The position numbers and the translations under genes are program-made. Of a stretch of 12,788 nt of DNA, positions 10,025 through 12,788 are shown piece after piece. Each line of letters starts with the position of its first letter. Positions within the stretch are counted from its first letter, which is position 1. The DNA comes from Gemmatimonas sp. (GTDB lineage Bacteria; Gemmatimonadota; Gemmatimonadetes; Gemmatimonadales; Gemmatimonadaceae), in assembly GCA_031414535.1 (NCBI GenBank), contig JANNVQ010000033.1, positions 1 to 12,788 of the forward strand, read 5' to 3'. The notes beneath the pieces are model-generated. The model worked only from the letters and a program-made list of their open reading frames with translations. It made no database searches and was not told the origin of the DNA.

Positions 10025-10046
10025 ACTGCCCCCAGGTACCGCTCAG

Positions 10047-11159
10047 ATGGCCGTTCCTCTTCTTGATCTCAAGGCCCAGCATGCCACCATCCGCGACGAG
10101 GTCGTGGCGGAGTTGATGAAGGTGGTTGATGCGCAGGCATTCATTCTCGGTGAGCCGGTGCAGAAGCTCGAGTGCGAAGTCGCCGGGCTGTCCAAGACCA
10201 AGTATGCTGTGGGCTGCGCCAACGGCACCGACGCGATTCTCATCGCCATGCGCGCCCTCGATATCGGCCGCGGCGATGAAGTGGTGACCACGCCGTTCAC
10301 GTTCTTCGCGACGGCGGGCACCATCCACAATGTGGGCGCGACGCCCGTGTTCGTGGACATCGATCCCAAGACCTACAATATCCGCCCCGACCTCGCGGCT
10401 GCGGCGGTCACGGCCAAGACGAAGGCCGTGATTCCGGTGGATTTGTTCGGTCAGATGGCGGCAGTCGAAGAGCTGCGCAAGCTGATGCCGACGATGGCCA
10501 TCATTGAGGACGCTGCCCAGAGCATCGGTGCGCGCCGGAAGATCAACGGGGAGTGGACGATGGCCGGCCAAATGGCCACCATCGGCACCTATTCATTCTT
10601 TCCCTCAAAGAATCTCGGTGGCTACGGCGACGGCGGCATGATCGTTACGCAGGACGAGGCAATCTTCAAGCGCTTGATGCGCCTTCGGACGCATGGATCC
10701 GTGCAGACCTACTTCCATGAGGAAGTTGGCTACAACTCCCGTCTTGACGCGCTGCAGGCCGCCGTGTTGCTGGCCAAGTTGCCGCACCTCATCAACTGGA
10801 GTGCCACGCGCCGTGAGAACGCTGCGTTCTACACGGAGGCCTTCGCGGACATCTCGGACATCGTGCCGCCGTTCATCGACCCGTCTAACGAGTCGATTTA
10901 CAACCAGTACACGATTCGCGTGGACAAGCGCGATGCGCTGAAGGACCACTTAAAGGCCAAGGGCATCGGGCACTCGGTGTACTATCCACTCCCGCTGCAC
11001 CTCCAGCCTTGCTTTGCGTATCTCGGGTATAAGGAGGGTGCTTGCCCGGAGTCCGAAAAGGCCGCACAGGAAGTGTTGTCCCTCCCGGTGTTCCCAGAGC
11101 TTAGCGGGGCGCAGCGCGACGAAGTGGTGTCGGCTGTCCGCTCGTTCTTCGGTAAGTAA
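10047..11159 (+). CDS. DegT/DnrJ/EryC1/StrS PLP-dependent aminotransferase, WbpE/WlbC-like
   Basis: 370 aa with ANGTDA, TPFTFFATA, IIEDAAQSIGA, the PLP-lysine motif SFFPSKNLGGYGDGG, GYNSRLDALQAA and YYPLPLHLQP. Confidence 0.9.
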   Translation: MAVPLLDLKAQHATIRDEVVAELMKVVDAQAFILGEPVQKLECEVAGLSKTKYAVGCANGTDAILIAMRALDIGRGDEVVTTPFTFFATAGTIHNVGATPVFVDIDPKTYNIRPDLAAAAVTAKTKAVIPVDLFGQMAAVEELRKLMPTMAIIEDAAQSIGARRKINGEWTMAGQMATIGTYSFFPSKNLGGYGDGGMIVTQDEAIFKRLMRLRTHGSVQTYFHEEVGYNSRLDALQAAVLLAKLPHLINWSATRRENAAFYTEAFADISDIVPPFIDPSNESIYNQYTIRVDKRDALKDHLKAKGIGHSVYYPLPLHLQPCFAYLGYKEGACPESEKAAQEVLSLPVFPELSGAQRDEVVSAVRSFFGK

Positions 11160-11179
11160 CTACTCACGCTCCCCAATTC

Positions 11180-12535
11180 ATGTCCATCAAGTCTGCACTT
11201 CTCAAAAAGATTGACGATCGTTCCGCCACGGCTGCGGTGATTGGCCTCGGATACGTGGGCCTCCCACTCGCAGTCGAGCTTTGCGAAGCGGGCTTTACCG
11301 TCATCGGCTACGATGTCAGCGAGCGTGTGGTGGGACTGCTGATGCGCGGCGAGTCGCACATTCAGGACGTGCCGGCCGCGCACGTCGCCAAGCACGTGAA
11401 GAGTGGAAAGCTCATCGCCACGACCGACTCCGCCAAGCTACACGACGCGGATACAATCTCGATTGCCGTGCCGACGCCGTTGGCCAAGACACGCGACCCC
11501 GATATGTCGTACGTGCTCTCGGCGGCCTCGACGATTGCCGCGCAGGCCCGTCCAGGACAGTTGATTGTGCTTGAGAGCACGACCTACCCCGGCACAACGC
11601 GCGAACTCCTGCAGCCACGCCTCGAAGAGAAGGGGCTGACCGTGGGCGACGATGTCTTCTTGGCCTTCAGTCCAGAGCGCGTCGATCCCGGCAACCCGAA
11701 GTACAACACGAAGAACACGCCAAAGGTCGTGGGTGGTATCACGCCAGCCTGCAACGAGGTGGCCAGCGCGTTCTACGCGTCCACGATTGATACCATCGTG
11801 CCCGTGTCCTCGCCGGAAGCCGCCGAACTCGTGAAGCTGCTCGAGAACACGTTCCGTTCGGTGAACATCGGCCTCGTGAATGAGATGGCAATCGTTTGCG
11901 AACGTCTCGGCGTGGACGTGTGGGAAGTGATTGACGCCGCGGGCACCAAGCCCTTTGGCTTCATGAAGTTCACGCCTGGCCCCGGCATCGGCGGGCATTG
12001 CATCCCGCTCGACCCGCACTACCTCGCGTGGAAGATGCGTTCGCTCAACTACAAGACGCGCTTTATCGATCTCGCCAGCGAAGTGAATTCGGCCATGCCG
12101 GATTTTGTGGTGGAAAAGGTTGCCCACGCGCTTAACGAGGAACGCAAGGCGGTGAACGGTAGCCGAGTGCTGGTGTTGGGCATCGCGTACAAGCGGGACA
12201 TCGACGACATGCGTGAATCGCCGGCGCTTGACGTGATGCGTCTGTTGGAATCGCGTGGCGCGGAGGTGGTGTACCACGACCCCTTCGTCGCGCAGTTCCG
12301 CGAGGATGGGCACGAAGCGTTCAGCGTCGCGCTCACGGAAGCGGAGCTCACGAAGAGTGACGCCGTTGTGATTGTCACGGACCACACGACGGTGAACTAT
12401 CAATTTGTGGTCGATCATGCGTCGCTGGTGATTGACACCAGAAACGCATTAGCCAAGACCAAGGCTTCCAAGGCGCGCGCGGTGCCGTTGACCGCGCCGC
12501 GGGCCTCAATCTCCCACGAGAAGCATCCCGCGTGA
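11180..12535 (+). CDS. Nucleotide-sugar dehydrogenase, WbpA-like (UDP-N-acetylglucosamine 6-dehydrogenase)
   Basis: 451 aa with [55 protein letters not shown], catalytic [13 protein letters not shown] and [13 protein letters not shown]. Confidence 0.9.
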   Translation: MSIKSALLKKIDDRSATAAVIGLGYVGLPLAVELCEAGFTVIGYDVSERVVGLLMRGESHIQDVPAAHVAKHVKSGKLIATTDSAKLHDADTISIAVPTPLAKTRDPDMSYVLSAASTIAAQARPGQLIVLESTTYPGTTRELLQPRLEEKGLTVGDDVFLAFSPERVDPGNPKYNTKNTPKVVGGITPACNEVASAFYASTIDTIVPVSSPEAAELVKLLENTFRSVNIGLVNEMAIVCERLGVDVWEVIDAAGTKPFGFMKFTPGPGIGGHCIPLDPHYLAWKMRSLNYKTRFIDLASEVNSAMPDFVVEKVAHALNEERKAVNGSRVLVLGIAYKRDIDDMRESPALDVMRLLESRGAEVVYHDPFVAQFREDGHEAFSVALTEAELTKSDAVVIVTDHTTVNYQFVVDHASLVIDTRNALAKTKASKARAVPLTAPRASISHEKHPA

Positions 12536-12788
12536 AAATCACTGTGGTCGGTACCGGATATGTCGGACTCGTTGTCGGTGCCTGTCTTGCGGAGACGGGC
12601 AATCAAGTGCTCTGCGCCGATGTTGACGCCAAGAAGATTGATGGATTGAAGCAGAACATCCTCCCTATCTACGAACCAGGGCTCGAGGAGTACGTCGGGC
12701 GTAACCAGGCCGCGGGCCGACTGCAGTTTACCACGGACGTACCGGCCGCCGTTCGAGACGCCCAAGTCATCTTCATCGCCGTCGGCAC
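12532..12788 (+). CDS. ugd: UDP-glucose/GDP-mannose 6-dehydrogenase family protein, 5' part (truncated by window end)
   Basis: GTG at 12532 (GTGA overlap) translates [66 protein letters not shown]. Absent from the ORF track. Confidence 0.9.
   Translation, partial: MKITVVGTGYVGLVVGACLAETGNQVLCADVDAKKIDGLKQNILPIYEPGLEEYVGRNQAAGRLQFTTDVPAAVRDAQVIFIAVG

Noticed and set aside
9965..10066. 33-codon uORF MSRQEANLQGSHGDPGRAFLTAPRYRSDGRSSS overlapping the aminotransferase start
   Set aside because: No RBS, no regulatory codon run and atypical codons. It cannot be supported as a leader peptide without ribosome profiling.

Overview
GC-rich bacterial chromosomal window with all credible genes on the + strand. 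Protein style suggests Gemmatimonadota, but that is a tentative impression. The left ~2.9 kb is the distal alpha ribosomal operon (rpsM 3' end, rpsK, rpsD, rpoA, rplQ) with rpmB (L28) appended, closed by an intrinsic terminator. A tightly coupled nucleotide-sugar locus follows: gmd, an Rmd-like reductase, a lone carB (no carA in the window) overlapping both neighbours, the WbpD/WbpB/WbpE/WbpA-type UDP-2,3-diacetamido-glucuronate set, and the start of a UDP-glucose dehydrogenase. The least explained signals are non-coding: two copies of an inverted heptamer-repeat hairpin, (GACGGAT)x3...(ATCCGTC)x3-CAGTAT, one abutting the gmd start codon; a multi-hairpin 179-nt rpsD-rpoA spacer; and a three-hairpin, terminator-containing spacer just upstream of the aminotransferase gene. 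All structures were paired by eye and no database searches were run.
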